DNA from: an uncultured Alphaproteobacteria bacterium
GTDB taxonomy: Bacteria; Pseudomonadota; Alphaproteobacteria; Rhizobiales; Hyphomicrobiaceae
Direction of reading: 5' to 3'
Assembly: GCA_963726795.1 (NCBI GenBank)
Contig: CAVSDD010000008.1
Span: 28,668-92,667, forward strand
Length of the DNA: 64,000 bases
Shown: piece after piece, positions 34,898-44,273 of the stretch
How the letters are laid out: every line of letters starts with the position of its first letter
Position numbering within the stretch: the first letter of the stretch is position 1
The notes under the pieces: model-generated
Databases searched by the model: none
Told to the model about the DNA's origin: nothing
The model's input: the letters and a program-made list of their open reading frames with translations, nothing else
Program-made: the position numbers and the translations under genes

Positions 34898-35687
34898 GCC
34901 TTTCTTCCTGCGCGCGCTCGTGGCCGGTCTGGCGCTGGCTGTCATTGCAGCCCCGCTCGGCTGCTTCGTCGTATGGCAGCGCATGGCCTACTTCGGCGAG
35001 ACGGTGGCGCAGGCGAGCCTCATCGGAGTTGCCTTGGGGCTGGGATTGCAGTTCGACATTACTTTCGGCGTCCTGCTGGTTGCCGTCGTGATCGCGCTAC
35101 TGCTCATCTGGTTCAGCCGGCAGCAGATCGTCGCCCGCGATTCAGTGCTCGGTCTGTTGCACCACGCCGCGCTCGCCGCCGGTGTCATCGCCATGTCGAT
35201 GCTGAAAGGTCCCCCCGTCGATCTCGTCGGCTTCCTGTTCGGCGACGTTTTTGCAGTGACGACCCATGACATTGCCTGGATCGTGGGTGGAGGCGTGCTC
35301 GTTCTGGCCGCCGTTGCCTGGCTCTGGCAGCCGCTGTTGCGCCTCGCCGTCCACGAGGAGCTTGCGGCCGCCGAGGGCGTCGAGCGCCGGTGGGTCAGCG
35401 GCGTGTTCACGCTGTTGCTCGCCGTGACCATCGCGGTCGCCATGAAAATCGTCGGCGTGCTGCTGGTCATGGCCTTTCTGGTGGTGCCGGCCGTCGCGGC
35501 GCGCCCCCTGGCCGGGACGCCCGAGCGCATGGTCATCCTCACCGCGCTGGTCGCGATCGCTAGCGTACTTATAGGGCTGTGGCTCTCGGCCAGCGTCAAT
35601 TCACCCGGAGGCCCGTCGATCGTTCTTGTCATGGCGCTGGCGGCGGGCCTGTCCCTGACCGCCGCATCCCTGAAACGGGCACGATAA
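34890..35687 (+). CDS. znuB: zinc ABC transporter permease
   Basis: In frame with ORF 34632..35687. GTG 34890 overlaps the znuC stop. VLEPFFLRALVAGLALAVIAAPLGCFVVWQRMAYFGE... is typical of the ABC-3 family. Confidence 0.85.
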   Translation: MLEPFFLRALVAGLALAVIAAPLGCFVVWQRMAYFGETVAQASLIGVALGLGLQFDITFGVLLVAVVIALLLIWFSRQQIVARDSVLGLLHHAALAAGVIAMSMLKGPPVDLVGFLFGDVFAVTTHDIAWIVGGGVLVLAAVAWLWQPLLRLAVHEELAAAEGVERRWVSGVFTLLLAVTIAVAMKIVGVLLVMAFLVVPAVAARPLAGTPERMVILTALVAIASVLIGLWLSASVNSPGGPSIVLVMALAAGLSLTAASLKRAR

Positions 35688-35745
35688 CGAGGCTTTAGCC
35701 GTCGAGCCTCTGGCCAAGGCTTTGGCGCTGGAATAGGTATCTGTC

Positions 35746-37038
35746 ATGGCCCAGGGAAGCGCCAACATGCAGCCTGCCGCTCCAGATCTCATTACCCCGC
35801 GGCGTCAATCGCGTGCGGTCGCGGTGGCCGACGTGATTGTCGGCGGCACAGCACCCGTCGTTGTGCAATCCATGACCAACACGGACACCGCCGACATCGC
35901 CGGTACGGTCAAGCAGGTTGCGGCGCTTGCCCGCGCAGGCTCGGAGCTGGTGCGCATCACCGTTGATCGCGATGAAGCGGCCAAGGCCGTTCCCCACATT
36001 CGCGACGGGCTTGCCGCGCTAGGCGTGCGCGTGCCCCTCATCGGCGACTTTCACTACAACGGCCACAAGCTGCTGACCGAGTATCCCGCTGCCGCCGAAG
36101 CGCTCGACAAGTACCGCATCAATCCGGGCAACGTCGGCTTCAAGGACAAGAAGGATAAGCAGTTCGCCACGATCATCGAGATCGCGCTGCGGCTCGGCAA
36201 GGTCGTGCGTATCGGCGTCAACTGGGGCTCGCTCGACCAGGAGCTGCTAACACGTCTGATGGACGAGAACGCGCTATCGCCTTCGCCCCTGGATGCGCGT
36301 GCCGTGATGCACGAGGCAATCGTGCAATCCGCGCTTTTGTCGGCGGAACGTGCCGAAGAGCTTGGGCTCGGCGGCGATCGCATCATTCTCTCCGCCAAGG
36401 TCTCCGCGGTGCAGGATCTCGTGGCCGTGTATGCCAAGCTCGCGGCGCGCAGCACGTACGCGCTCCACGTCGGCCTCACCGAAGCCGGCATGGGCTCCAA
36501 GGGCATCGTCGCCTCCACGGCCGGCATCGGCATCCTGCTTCAGGGCGGGATCGGCGACACGATCCGAGTCTCGCTCACACCCGATCCGGGCGGCGATCGC
36601 ACGCTTGAGGTCAAGGTCGCGCAGGAGATCCTGCAGACGATGGGACTGCGCTCCTTCGTGCCGGTCGTCGCCGCGTGCCCGGGCTGCGGGCGCACGACAT
36701 CGACGGTGTTCCAGGAGCTCGCGAGCGACATTCAAGAGATGATCCGCACGCGCATGCCCGAGTGGCGCCGGAGCTACCCCGGGGTCGAGACAATGACGGT
36801 GGCGGTAATGGGCTGCATCGTTAACGGACCGGGTGAATCCAAGCACGCCGACATCGGAATATCGCTGCCCGGGACCGGAGAAACGCCCGCCGCGCCCATT
36901 TTCATCGATGGAAAAAAGGCCATGACGCTGCGCGGCCCGAATATTGCCTCTGAATTCAAGCAGATTGTGGAGGACTATATTGAGCGGCGATTCGGGCCAA
37001 ACTCGGCCGGATCGGATACGCAACGGAGGACGGCCTAA
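35746..37038 (+). CDS. ispG: 4-hydroxy-3-methylbut-2-en-1-yl diphosphate synthase (flavodoxin)
   Basis: ORF 35746..37038. [50 protein letters not shown]. Confidence 0.95.
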   Translation: MAQGSANMQPAAPDLITPRRQSRAVAVADVIVGGTAPVVVQSMTNTDTADIAGTVKQVAALARAGSELVRITVDRDEAAKAVPHIRDGLAALGVRVPLIGDFHYNGHKLLTEYPAAAEALDKYRINPGNVGFKDKKDKQFATIIEIALRLGKVVRIGVNWGSLDQELLTRLMDENALSPSPLDARAVMHEAIVQSALLSAERAEELGLGGDRIILSAKVSAVQDLVAVYAKLAARSTYALHVGLTEAGMGSKGIVASTAGIGILLQGGIGDTIRVSLTPDPGGDRTLEVKVAQEILQTMGLRSFVPVVAACPGCGRTTSTVFQELASDIQEMIRTRMPEWRRSYPGVETMTVAVMGCIVNGPGESKHADIGISLPGTGETPAAPIFIDGKKAMTLRGPNIASEFKQIVEDYIERRFGPNSAGSDTQRRTA

Positions 37039-37065
37039 AGGAAATGGCCTTTGGGAAACGAGACA

Positions 37066-37590
37066 ATGATAAAAAAGGCAATGACAAAAAATCGACGCCT
37101 TAACTCGTTGCTGCCCAACCTGCCGGTCTTCGCTCTGCTGGCCGGGGTGGCTGCGTGCTCGACCGCGTCCTCGCTTCCCGACGTCGACCGCGTGTTCCTC
37201 TCAGCTGCTGGCAACTGGGATCGCAATCGCGACGGCATCGTTACGTGCGATGAATGGCGCGCTTACGCCGGCGAGCTCTTCGACAGCGCAGACGCCAATC
37301 ACGACGGCTTCGTCGATGCGACCGAATACGCCAAGATCGTCGCCACGGACCGCATGTTCCAGACGGTCGACCTGCGCTACTACGACACCGATGGCGACGG
37401 CAAACTCTCGCGCACCGAGTTTGTCGACAAACCAAACCGCGCCTTCGCCCTGCTGGACAAGACGAACCAGTGCAAGCTCAACGCCGACCAGGTCGCGGGC
37501 GCGCGTGCTCATACCGAGCAGGTGTTTGATACGAAGAAGGCGGAGTCGGGCGATCCGCGCGAGAAGTCGATCCCCGGCGTCAAGCAATAG
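37066..37590 (+). CDS. EF-hand lipoprotein
   Basis: In frame with ORF 37051..37590, starting at ATG 37066. Lipobox LLAGVAAC. EF-hand loops DRNRDGIVTCDE, DANHDGFVDATE and DTDGDGKLSRTE. Confidence 0.7.
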   Translation: MIKKAMTKNRRLNSLLPNLPVFALLAGVAACSTASSLPDVDRVFLSAAGNWDRNRDGIVTCDEWRAYAGELFDSADANHDGFVDATEYAKIVATDRMFQTVDLRYYDTDGDGKLSRTEFVDKPNRAFALLDKTNQCKLNADQVAGARAHTEQVFDTKKAESGDPREKSIPGVKQ

Positions 37591-37765
37591 GCAACGTGCT
37601 TGGGCCGCCATCTTGGCGTGCGCCCAGGCCGAGCCAGCTGCATTAGCCACCTCGGGAACCCCAATCCGGGCAGTGCGTTACAGCCCCAGAGAGTAGGCGC
37701 GTCAGAGCCTGCAACAAGCAATCTCGGGGGATTTTCTGATAAATCGGTTTCTGGTCGCCGGCCTC

Positions 37766-38437
37766 ATGGTCGGCTCGTGGTCGAGCTGTGTCCTTGCGGC
37801 TGATCTGGGCCCTTATGGCCCGCCGCCCCGCTACGAGCGCGACTATGAGCCGGTGCGCGAGGCCGCTCTTGATTGGCAAGGCTTCTACGCCGGCGTGAAC
37901 GGTGGATACGCTTGGGGCAATGACCACGCCGCAACGTTGTCAGGCCCGGGCGGCGGCGTGACCTTCGGCAATCTCGCTCCCGACGGGTGGTTCGGCGGCG
38001 GCCAGTTTGGCTACAACGCGCAATTCAACCAGCTCGTGCTCGGCGTCGAGGCTGACTTGCAGGGAGGCGACATCAGCGACAGCACCCGCGGCTTTGGACC
38101 CACCACGGCGAACGTCGACATCAATTGGTTCTCAACCGTGCGCGGCAGGATCGGCTACGCGACGGGGCCTGCGCTTCTCTACGTCACCGGCGGTCTCGCG
38201 TTCGCCGACGTGGATTACAACGTCACCGCGCCCGGTGTTACGCTGAGCAAGAGCGACATCAAGACGGGCTATGTGCTCGGTGGCGGCGTTGAGTGGGCGT
38301 TCGACCCGAACTGGTCGGTCAAGACGGAGTATCTCTTCGTCGATCTTGGCAGCGAGACCGTGGGCAACGGCACCTTCGCCTCACGCACAGAGACGGATTT
38401 CCATACCGTGCGCGTCGGCCTCAACTACCGCTTCTGA
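37766..38437 (+). CDS. outer-membrane beta-barrel protein (Omp25/Omp31/RopB-like)
   Basis: ORF 37766..38437. WQGFYAGVNGGYAWG, FGGGQFGYNAQF, STVRGRIGYA, GGGVEWAF, C-terminal VRVGLNYRF. The frame is open from 37697 but ATG 37766 is its first ATG/GTG/TTG, which leaves a very short signal peptide. Confidence 0.8.
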   Translation: MVGSWSSCVLAADLGPYGPPPRYERDYEPVREAALDWQGFYAGVNGGYAWGNDHAATLSGPGGGVTFGNLAPDGWFGGGQFGYNAQFNQLVLGVEADLQGGDISDSTRGFGPTTANVDINWFSTVRGRIGYATGPALLYVTGGLAFADVDYNVTAPGVTLSKSDIKTGYVLGGGVEWAFDPNWSVKTEYLFVDLGSETVGNGTFASRTETDFHTVRVGLNYRF

Positions 38438-38475
38438 TTGTTGCTGCCGTATCCGAGCGCGCGCACCGGCGTCAG

Positions 38476-39375
38476 TCAGTGCGCGCGGCTTGCTGCAAAG
38501 CGCGCCGCCTCGGTCAGCGTCGCTGCCTTCACGCCGAAAGGCGATAGAGCCTCGATCGCGTTTTGCTCTGCTTGCGCCAAGCGGGCCTGGGCGCGCTCGA
38601 CACCAAGCAGAGCCACCATTGTTGCCTTGCCCGCGTGGTGGTCCTTGCCGGTCGCCTTACCGACGGTACCGGCGTCGCCCTGCGCATCGAGCAGATCATC
38701 GGCGATCTGGAAGGCGAGGCCGAGCTCCTCACCGTACCGTCGCAGTGCTCGGCGTTCGACCACGCCAGCTTGTCCGAGTATCGCCCCGGCTTCGCACGCG
38801 CACGCGATGAGCGCGGCCGTTTTGAGAGCCTGAAGCTTCGACACGTGCTCGAGAGTCGGGTGCGCCGGCTCCTTGCGCTTTTCCGCCTCGAGGTCGAGCA
38901 TCTGCCCCTCGACCATGCCCTTGCCGCCGGCAGCCTTGGCGAGCGCGGCGACGAGCTCGGTGCGAACGCCTGGGTCTGGGTGCGTTGCCGGCATCGCCAC
39001 GATCTCGAATGCCAAGGTGAGCAACGCGTCTCCCGCTAGGATCGCCGTCCACTCGTCGTAAGCCTTGTGCACCGTCGGCTGACCCCGGCGCATGTCGTCA
39101 TCGTCCATGGCGGGCAGATCGTCATGCGCAAGCGAGTAACAATGAACGCACTCAAATGCGGTGGCGACGTCCACCGCGGCGCTCGCCGGCAAGCCAAAAA
39201 GCGCTGCGCTCTCAATGACGAGAAAGGGGCGGAACCGTTTTCCCCCGGCAAACAACGCGTGCCGCATCGCGCCACCGAGTCGCGTCGACTGTCCGGGGGC
39301 ATGCTCGTTAATCAAAGCTTGCAGGCGTTGCCCGGTCAGATCTGCGGCCGTGGCAAGCCTTTGCACGAACGTCAT
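38476..39375 (-). CDS. ispA: farnesyl/geranylgeranyl diphosphate synthase (polyprenyl synthetase)
   Basis: ORF 38476..39375. FARM motif LAHDDLPAMDDDDMRRG and SARM motif FQIADDLLD. Confidence 0.9.
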   Translation of the reverse strand: MTFVQRLATAADLTGQRLQALINEHAPGQSTRLGGAMRHALFAGGKRFRPFLVIESAALFGLPASAAVDVATAFECVHCYSLAHDDLPAMDDDDMRRGQPTVHKAYDEWTAILAGDALLTLAFEIVAMPATHPDPGVRTELVAALAKAAGGKGMVEGQMLDLEAEKRKEPAHPTLEHVSKLQALKTAALIACACEAGAILGQAGVVERRALRRYGEELGLAFQIADDLLDAQGDAGTVGKATGKDHHAGKATMVALLGVERAQARLAQAEQNAIEALSPFGVKAATLTEAARFAASRAH

Positions 39376-39470
39376 TGTCTGATTACCTTGGCCTCATCGC
39401 CGGTCTGACACATTGCGGTCGAGGGGGCACCGGCGCTGCGGATATAGCACCCGGGGCATAGAAGGACAGC

Positions 39471-41141
39471 ATGGACAGGGGCGACCCTCCTCCGCGCGCG
39501 ACCGCTGAGTCAAAAGCCGAGCCGAAGAAGCCGGCGCCGGCCGACGGTAGCGTTCCTCTGCTCGCGGGCGAAGGGGCACCGTCTCCTTCCGACACGGGGG
39601 CTGCCGACGGGACACACATCGACGGAACCCCGCCAGAACTGCCACGAGGCGCGTCATCCGAGCAGACGCCGTGGCACCAAATGTTGCCGCCGGAAGGCTT
39701 GTCGGGAGATGCCGTGCCGTCTCCGCTATTGCCCGAATGCGCGGCGTCGGGACCTGAGCCGTCGACAGCGGCACAAGATGCCATCCCATCCGCAGATGGC
39801 ATGTATGACGCGGCGTCTTTCGAAAACGTGCCGCTTCTCGACGCAACGCCCGAAGATCCCGTTCCCGAGGAATTTGCGCAGGAGCCTGAGCAGGCAGCAA
39901 AGCCGGCCGCTCCCGCGCCAGATGAGCAAGAAAGCTCGCCGCCGGAGCCGGTATTCGTCGCTCCTTACGCAGAGGCGCCGCAGCTGGTGCCAAGCGCTTC
40001 TCCGTTCGAGCGCAACGCGTCCGCGATGCCAGCCGAATTCGCACCGGAAGAATTCACGCTCCAACCTGATCGCGTCTCAACGCCCGCTGCGGAGCAAGAC
40101 GTTTCGCGATCCGAACCGGGCGTCGTTGCGCCCTACCAAGAAGCAGCACCGCTTCGGGACGAACCGGCGCTTGATGTGCCAATCGAGGAAGCCGAGCGGG
40201 GCATCGAAGCACCTGCTCCTTTCGATTGGCGAGCCGGCACTGCATCGCCGGTCGCGGACGCAGGGTTCGTGCCTGCTCCTCAGTTGGAAAGCATCCCGGC
40301 CGCACCACCGCCCCGCTCTCACGAGCCCGGTCAGCAGGCTGTTGCGCAACCCATCCCGACAGAAGTGCACGACGGGACAGTCGAGGACGCGGCACCTGCT
40401 GCCGACATTGCGCCTTCTTACTCGCCGGCACGCACCGGGGACAATTGGACCGCTGCGAAGTCGATCGGCGTTCGTGGTGCCAAAGTCGCGGCAATCGTGT
40501 TCAGCGCTTGGTTCGGCCTCGTCCTCTTCCTCATCATCGCCTATCGCTTCGTCAATCCGCCGTTCTCGGCGCTCATGGCGCTGCAGTGGATGGGCGGCAC
40601 GACCATCAATCAGCAGTGGGTGCCGCTCGAGGCTATGTCGCCCAACCTGATGCGCGCCGTCATCGCCTCGGAAGACGGACGCTTCTGCTCGCACTGGGGG
40701 ATCGATTACGCGGAGTTAGCGGCAGCTATCAAGCGCGCCCCGGGAGGCACGCCGCGCGGCGCCAGCACGATTACCATGCAGGTGGCAAAGAACCTGTTCC
40801 TTTGGCCGGCAAAGAGCTACGTGCGCAAAGTGATCGAGGTGCCGCTGACCTATGCGATCGAGCTGTTCTGGCCCAAGCGCCGCATCCTCGAGGTCTATCT
40901 GAATATCGCCGAATGGGGCCCGGGCATTTTCGGTGCGGAAGCCGCATCGCAGGCCCACTTTGGACGTTCGGCCGAGGAATTGAGCGCCCGCGAGGGGGCC
41001 CAGCTCGCGGTTGCACTGCCCAACCCCTTCACCCGCGATCCCGGCGATCCGGGGCCGTGGGCCGCGCGGCGCGCCTCCCTCATTCAGCGCCTTGCCGCCC
41101 GTGCCCCCGAGGAGGCGCGCTGTGTCGTAGCCGACGAGTGA
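39471..41141 (+). CDS. mtgA: monofunctional peptidoglycan glycosyltransferase with a ~335-aa Pro/Glu/Ala-rich N-terminal extension
   Basis: ORF 39471..41141. GAAGGA lies 6 nt before the ATG. The C-terminal 220 aa carry the GT51 motifs (RAVIASEDGRFCSHWGID, GASTITMQVAKNLF, KRRILEVYLNIAEWG) after the TM segment AAIVFSAWFGLVLFLIIAY. An internal GTG at 40365 is a possible shorter start. Confidence 0.8.
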   Translation: MDRGDPPPRATAESKAEPKKPAPADGSVPLLAGEGAPSPSDTGAADGTHIDGTPPELPRGASSEQTPWHQMLPPEGLSGDAVPSPLLPECAASGPEPSTAAQDAIPSADGMYDAASFENVPLLDATPEDPVPEEFAQEPEQAAKPAAPAPDEQESSPPEPVFVAPYAEAPQLVPSASPFERNASAMPAEFAPEEFTLQPDRVSTPAAEQDVSRSEPGVVAPYQEAAPLRDEPALDVPIEEAERGIEAPAPFDWRAGTASPVADAGFVPAPQLESIPAAPPPRSHEPGQQAVAQPIPTEVHDGTVEDAAPAADIAPSYSPARTGDNWTAAKSIGVRGAKVAAIVFSAWFGLVLFLIIAYRFVNPPFSALMALQWMGGTTINQQWVPLEAMSPNLMRAVIASEDGRFCSHWGIDYAELAAAIKRAPGGTPRGASTITMQVAKNLFLWPAKSYVRKVIEVPLTYAIELFWPKRRILEVYLNIAEWGPGIFGAEAASQAHFGRSAEELSAREGAQLAVALPNPFTRDPGDPGPWAARRASLIQRLAARAPEEARCVVADE

Positions 41142-41298
41142 CCTCCGATGGCGGTCCCTTGGCATTCGCTGGAGTTTGTGAGTATAACGCGCGCCGAGAG
41201 TGCCGGCCAACTTGAGGCCCGGTAGGGATTAAGGGCACCAAAACCGGCTGACCGGACGTGGTCCCTCGACCCGCATAGATCTATGGAGTTTTCCTGAG

Positions 41299-41485
41299 AT
41301 GGCCGTTCCGCGCAAGAAAGTGTCGCCGATGAAGCGAGGCTTCCGCCGCTCGCATGACTCGCTCACGGCGCCCGCATACGTCGAGGACAAGGAGTTCTGG
41401 TGAGCGTCGCCGGCCGCACCATATCGATCTCAAGACCGGCAAATACCGTGGCCGCCAGATCCTGGAACCGAAGACGGACGCTTGA
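41299..41485 (+). pseudogene. rpmF: 50S ribosomal protein L32 gene with a 1-nt insertion (almost certainly a sequencing error)
   Basis: ATG 41299 (GGAG upstream) gives [34 protein letters not shown], with the stop at 41401. Shifting forward by one base (the frame that closes at TGA 41483) continues [29 protein letters not shown]. Removing one T from GAGTTCTGG restores a 61-aa L32. Confidence 0.85.
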
Positions 41486-41628
41486 GACCGGCGCGCGGCA
41501 TTCTGAGCTAGCGAAGTCCTGTTTCGGCGTTGCAGCGGCAAGGTCGGCATGGCAAAAGTCGCTGTGTGGGGCCAGCCACGGTCCTCTGGCACGGTCCACT
41601 GCCAGGGCCATTGGGAAGGGAAACGCCT

Positions 41629-42033
41629 ATGTCGCTCCGGTCGCTACCGCTCATCGTGATCGCGTTCATCCTCTACAACGTGATCGTTCTGTCGTTTGGC
41701 GTTGAGGCGCTCGACAGAAACTTGTTCGAGCTCACGATGCTGAGTGGCGGCGTCTGGAAGTTCAACGCGGGCCACCTGGTCATTCTGATCACGCTGATTT
41801 TGCTCTTCATCGAGATCGTGAAATCGACCTACACGAGTACCTCCTCGCTGGTTGATCACGGCTTGTCGATGGTGGTGTTCGTCGCCTGCCTCGTCGAATT
41901 CCTGATGACACCGCCGGCCGCGACCTCGGTATTCTTCTTGATCGTCGTCGCCACGTCGATTGACGTCATTGCCGGCTTCACGATCGGCATCCGCGTCGCA
42001 CAGCGCGACCTGACGTTCGGAACGGCGAATTAG
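41629..42033 (+). CDS. 134-aa integral membrane protein, function unknown
   Basis: In frame with ORF 41530..42033, starting at ATG 41629 (GGGAAGGGAAA upstream). Four hydrophobic segments. Confidence 0.6.
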   Translation: MSLRSLPLIVIAFILYNVIVLSFGVEALDRNLFELTMLSGGVWKFNAGHLVILITLILLFIEIVKSTYTSTSSLVDHGLSMVVFVACLVEFLMTPPAATSVFFLIVVATSIDVIAGFTIGIRVAQRDLTFGTAN

Positions 42034-42051
42034 CCTTTCGCGGACGAAGAA

Positions 42052-42078
42052 ACCCGCGGTCCATCGATGGCCGCGGGT
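42052..42078. terminator. hairpin between convergent genes
   Basis: ACCCGCGG-tCCATcgATGG-CCGCGGGT. The stem is perfect and extended, but there is no strong U-run on either strand. Confidence 0.4.
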
Positions 42079-42209
42079 GGTCGTTGATCCGTGATCACCG
42101 CACCTCGATACAGGTACATGACACTGGCGCGCGGGCACCCGACGCGTGTCGCGTCATGCGCTGCTGCGGCTTGCTAGCTGTCGTCGATTGCGTCAGTGGG
42201 CAGCAGCGA

Positions 42210-42856
42210 CTACTCGCGGTCGCCGGAGAGCTTGTCGATCTTCTGCTGCATGTTGGCGAGCTGCGCCTTCAGCTCGCTGATGTCGCTTGTTTCTTTCTTG
42301 GCGGGTTCGGCCACATCGGCCTTTTCACCTGCCGGCCCCGGGGCTTGACCGGGACGCTTGGGGGCGCCTGGAACGCCCGAGAACGGGCTCCACATCGACA
42401 GCGCCTGCTCAAACATCGCCATGTTCTTGCGCGCCAGCTCTTGATAAACGTCGAAGGCGGCTGCCGGATTGGCGAAGGCGTTGGCAAACTGCGTGCGGAA
42501 CTTCTCCTGTTCCTTGGCCAGGTTCTCGAGGCTGAACTGCAGGTAGCCGGGTACCATGCGGCCGATGCTGTCATCGTAGAAGCGGATCAACTGGCGTAGG
42601 AAGGGTACCGGCAGCAGCGTCTGGCCGCCCACGCGGTTCTCTTGCTCGACGATGATCTGGGTCAGCACCGAGTGCGTTAGGTCATCGCCCGTCTTGGCGT
42701 CGTAGACGACGAAATCGCGATCCGAGCGCACCATTGTCGCCAGATCCTCGAGCGTCACGTAGGTGCTCGTCTCGGTATTGTAGAGCCGGCGATTGGCATA
42801 CTTCTTTATGACAACCGCTTCTTTTTCTCGCTAGGTGCTTCGGGTTTGTTCAGCAT
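42210..42856 (-). pseudogene. phaR: polyhydroxyalkanoate synthesis repressor PhaR with a 1-nt deletion in a T5 run (probable sequencing error)
   Basis: ORF 42210..42758 begins inside the conserved N-terminus (..VTLEDLATMVR). The same frame upstream reads REKEAVVIKKYANRRLYNTETSTY but is closed by TAG. ATG 42856 in another frame gives MLNKPEAPSEKKKRLS*. One extra A/T in the run at 42822..42826 joins them. Confidence 0.8.
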
Positions 42857-43085
42857 TTTGCGGGCCGTAGAGGCAGTTGTTGCGCTGCATCAGCGTAACA
42901 CCCCGGGGGCCGGGGGGCCAGCCGTTTGTGTTGACCTCCTCGGCCAGATGTCGCAATTGCAGGCGGCAACACCGTACTGCTATCGTGCTGCAAAAGCAGG
43001 CCGAAGCCCGGTTTGCGCCCGCGCGGGGCCAATTCTCGGCGTGGTAACGCTAACAACACCTAATCCGCCAAGGAGACGCCGTTAG

Positions 43086-44273
43086 ATGAGCCAGGATAAC
43101 GCGACCATCGTGATTGCCAGCGCGGCGCGGACCCCCGTGGGCTCGTTCAACGGTTCGCTCGGGAGCCTCCCCGCGCATGAGCTCGGCAAGGTCGCTATCA
43201 AAGCGGCGGTGGAACGCGCCGGCCTTCAGTCGGGCGATATCTCCGAGGTGATCCTCGGCCAGGTGCTCACCGCCGGCCAGGGCCAGAACCCTGCGCGCCA
43301 GGCCTCGATTGCCGCCGGCATCCCGGTCGACAGTCCGGCCTGGATCGTCAATCAGGTTTGCGGATCGGCGTTGCGGGCGGTCGCGCTCGGCATGCAGCAG
43401 ATCCAGACCGGCAGCTCCTCGATCGTGGTCGCGGGTGGCCAGGAGAGCATGAGCCAGTCGCATCATTCGGCCTACCTGCGCGGCGGCGTGAAGATGGGCT
43501 CGCTCGATCTCGCCGACACGATGATCAAGGACGGCTTGTGGGAAGCCTTCAACGGCTACCACATGGGCACGACCGCCGAGAACGTCGCGCGCCAGTGGCA
43601 GATCACGCGCGAGGAGCAGGACAACTTCGCGGTCGCCTCGCAGAACAAGGCCGAGGCCGCCAAGAAGGCCGGCAAGTTCAAGGACGAGATCGCGCCGGTG
43701 ACCATCAAGGGCAAGAAGGGCGACACCGTCGTCTCGGAGGACGAGTACATCCGCGACGGCGCGACCTACGAGAGCGTCGCCAAGCTGCGTCCTGCCTTCG
43801 ACAAGGCCGGCAGTGTCACGGCCGGCAACGCATCGGGTCTCAACGACGGCGCGGCCGCGGTTGTGCTCATGACGCTCGAGGAAGCCAAGAAGCGGGGCAT
43901 CGAGCCGCTCGCCCGGATCGTCTCGTGGGCGCATGCCGGTGTCGATCCTTCGATCATGGGCACAGGCCCCATTCCGGCGTCTAAGAAGGCGCTCGAGAAA
44001 GCCGGCTGGACCGTGAAAGACCTCGATTTAATCGAGGCGAACGAGGCATTTGCCGCGCAGGCCTGCGCCGTCAACAAGGGGCTTGGGTGGGATACCGCCA
44101 AGGTCAACGTGAATGGTGGCGCGATCGCGATCGGTCACCCGATCGGGGCGTCCGGCGCGCGCGTGTTGACGACGCTGCTGCATGAGATGAAGCGGCGCAA
44201 CGCCAAGAAAGGCCTCGCAACGCTGTGCATCGGCGGCGGCATGGGTATCGCGCTGTGCGTCGAGCGCGACTAA
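43086..44273 (+). CDS. phaA: acetyl-CoA acetyltransferase (beta-ketothiolase)
   Basis: ORF 43086..44273. [60 protein letters not shown]. Confidence 0.95.
   Translation: MSQDNATIVIASAARTPVGSFNGSLGSLPAHELGKVAIKAAVERAGLQSGDISEVILGQVLTAGQGQNPARQASIAAGIPVDSPAWIVNQVCGSALRAVALGMQQIQTGSSSIVVAGGQESMSQSHHSAYLRGGVKMGSLDLADTMIKDGLWEAFNGYHMGTTAENVARQWQITREEQDNFAVASQNKAEAAKKAGKFKDEIAPVTIKGKKGDTVVSEDEYIRDGATYESVAKLRPAFDKAGSVTAGNASGLNDGAAAVVLMTLEEAKKRGIEPLARIVSWAHAGVDPSIMGTGPIPASKKALEKAGWTVKDLDLIEANEAFAAQACAVNKGLGWDTAKVNVNGGAIAIGHPIGASGARVLTTLLHEMKRRNAKKGLATLCIGGGMGIALCVERD

Noticed and set aside
39709-40650. 313-aa alternative-frame ORF inside the mtgA extension, plus 40226..41215 (329 aa).
   Set aside because: Both are Arg/Ser/Pro-rich junk. 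The mtgA frame has a Shine-Dalgarno, internal peptide repeats and continuity into the GT51 domain.
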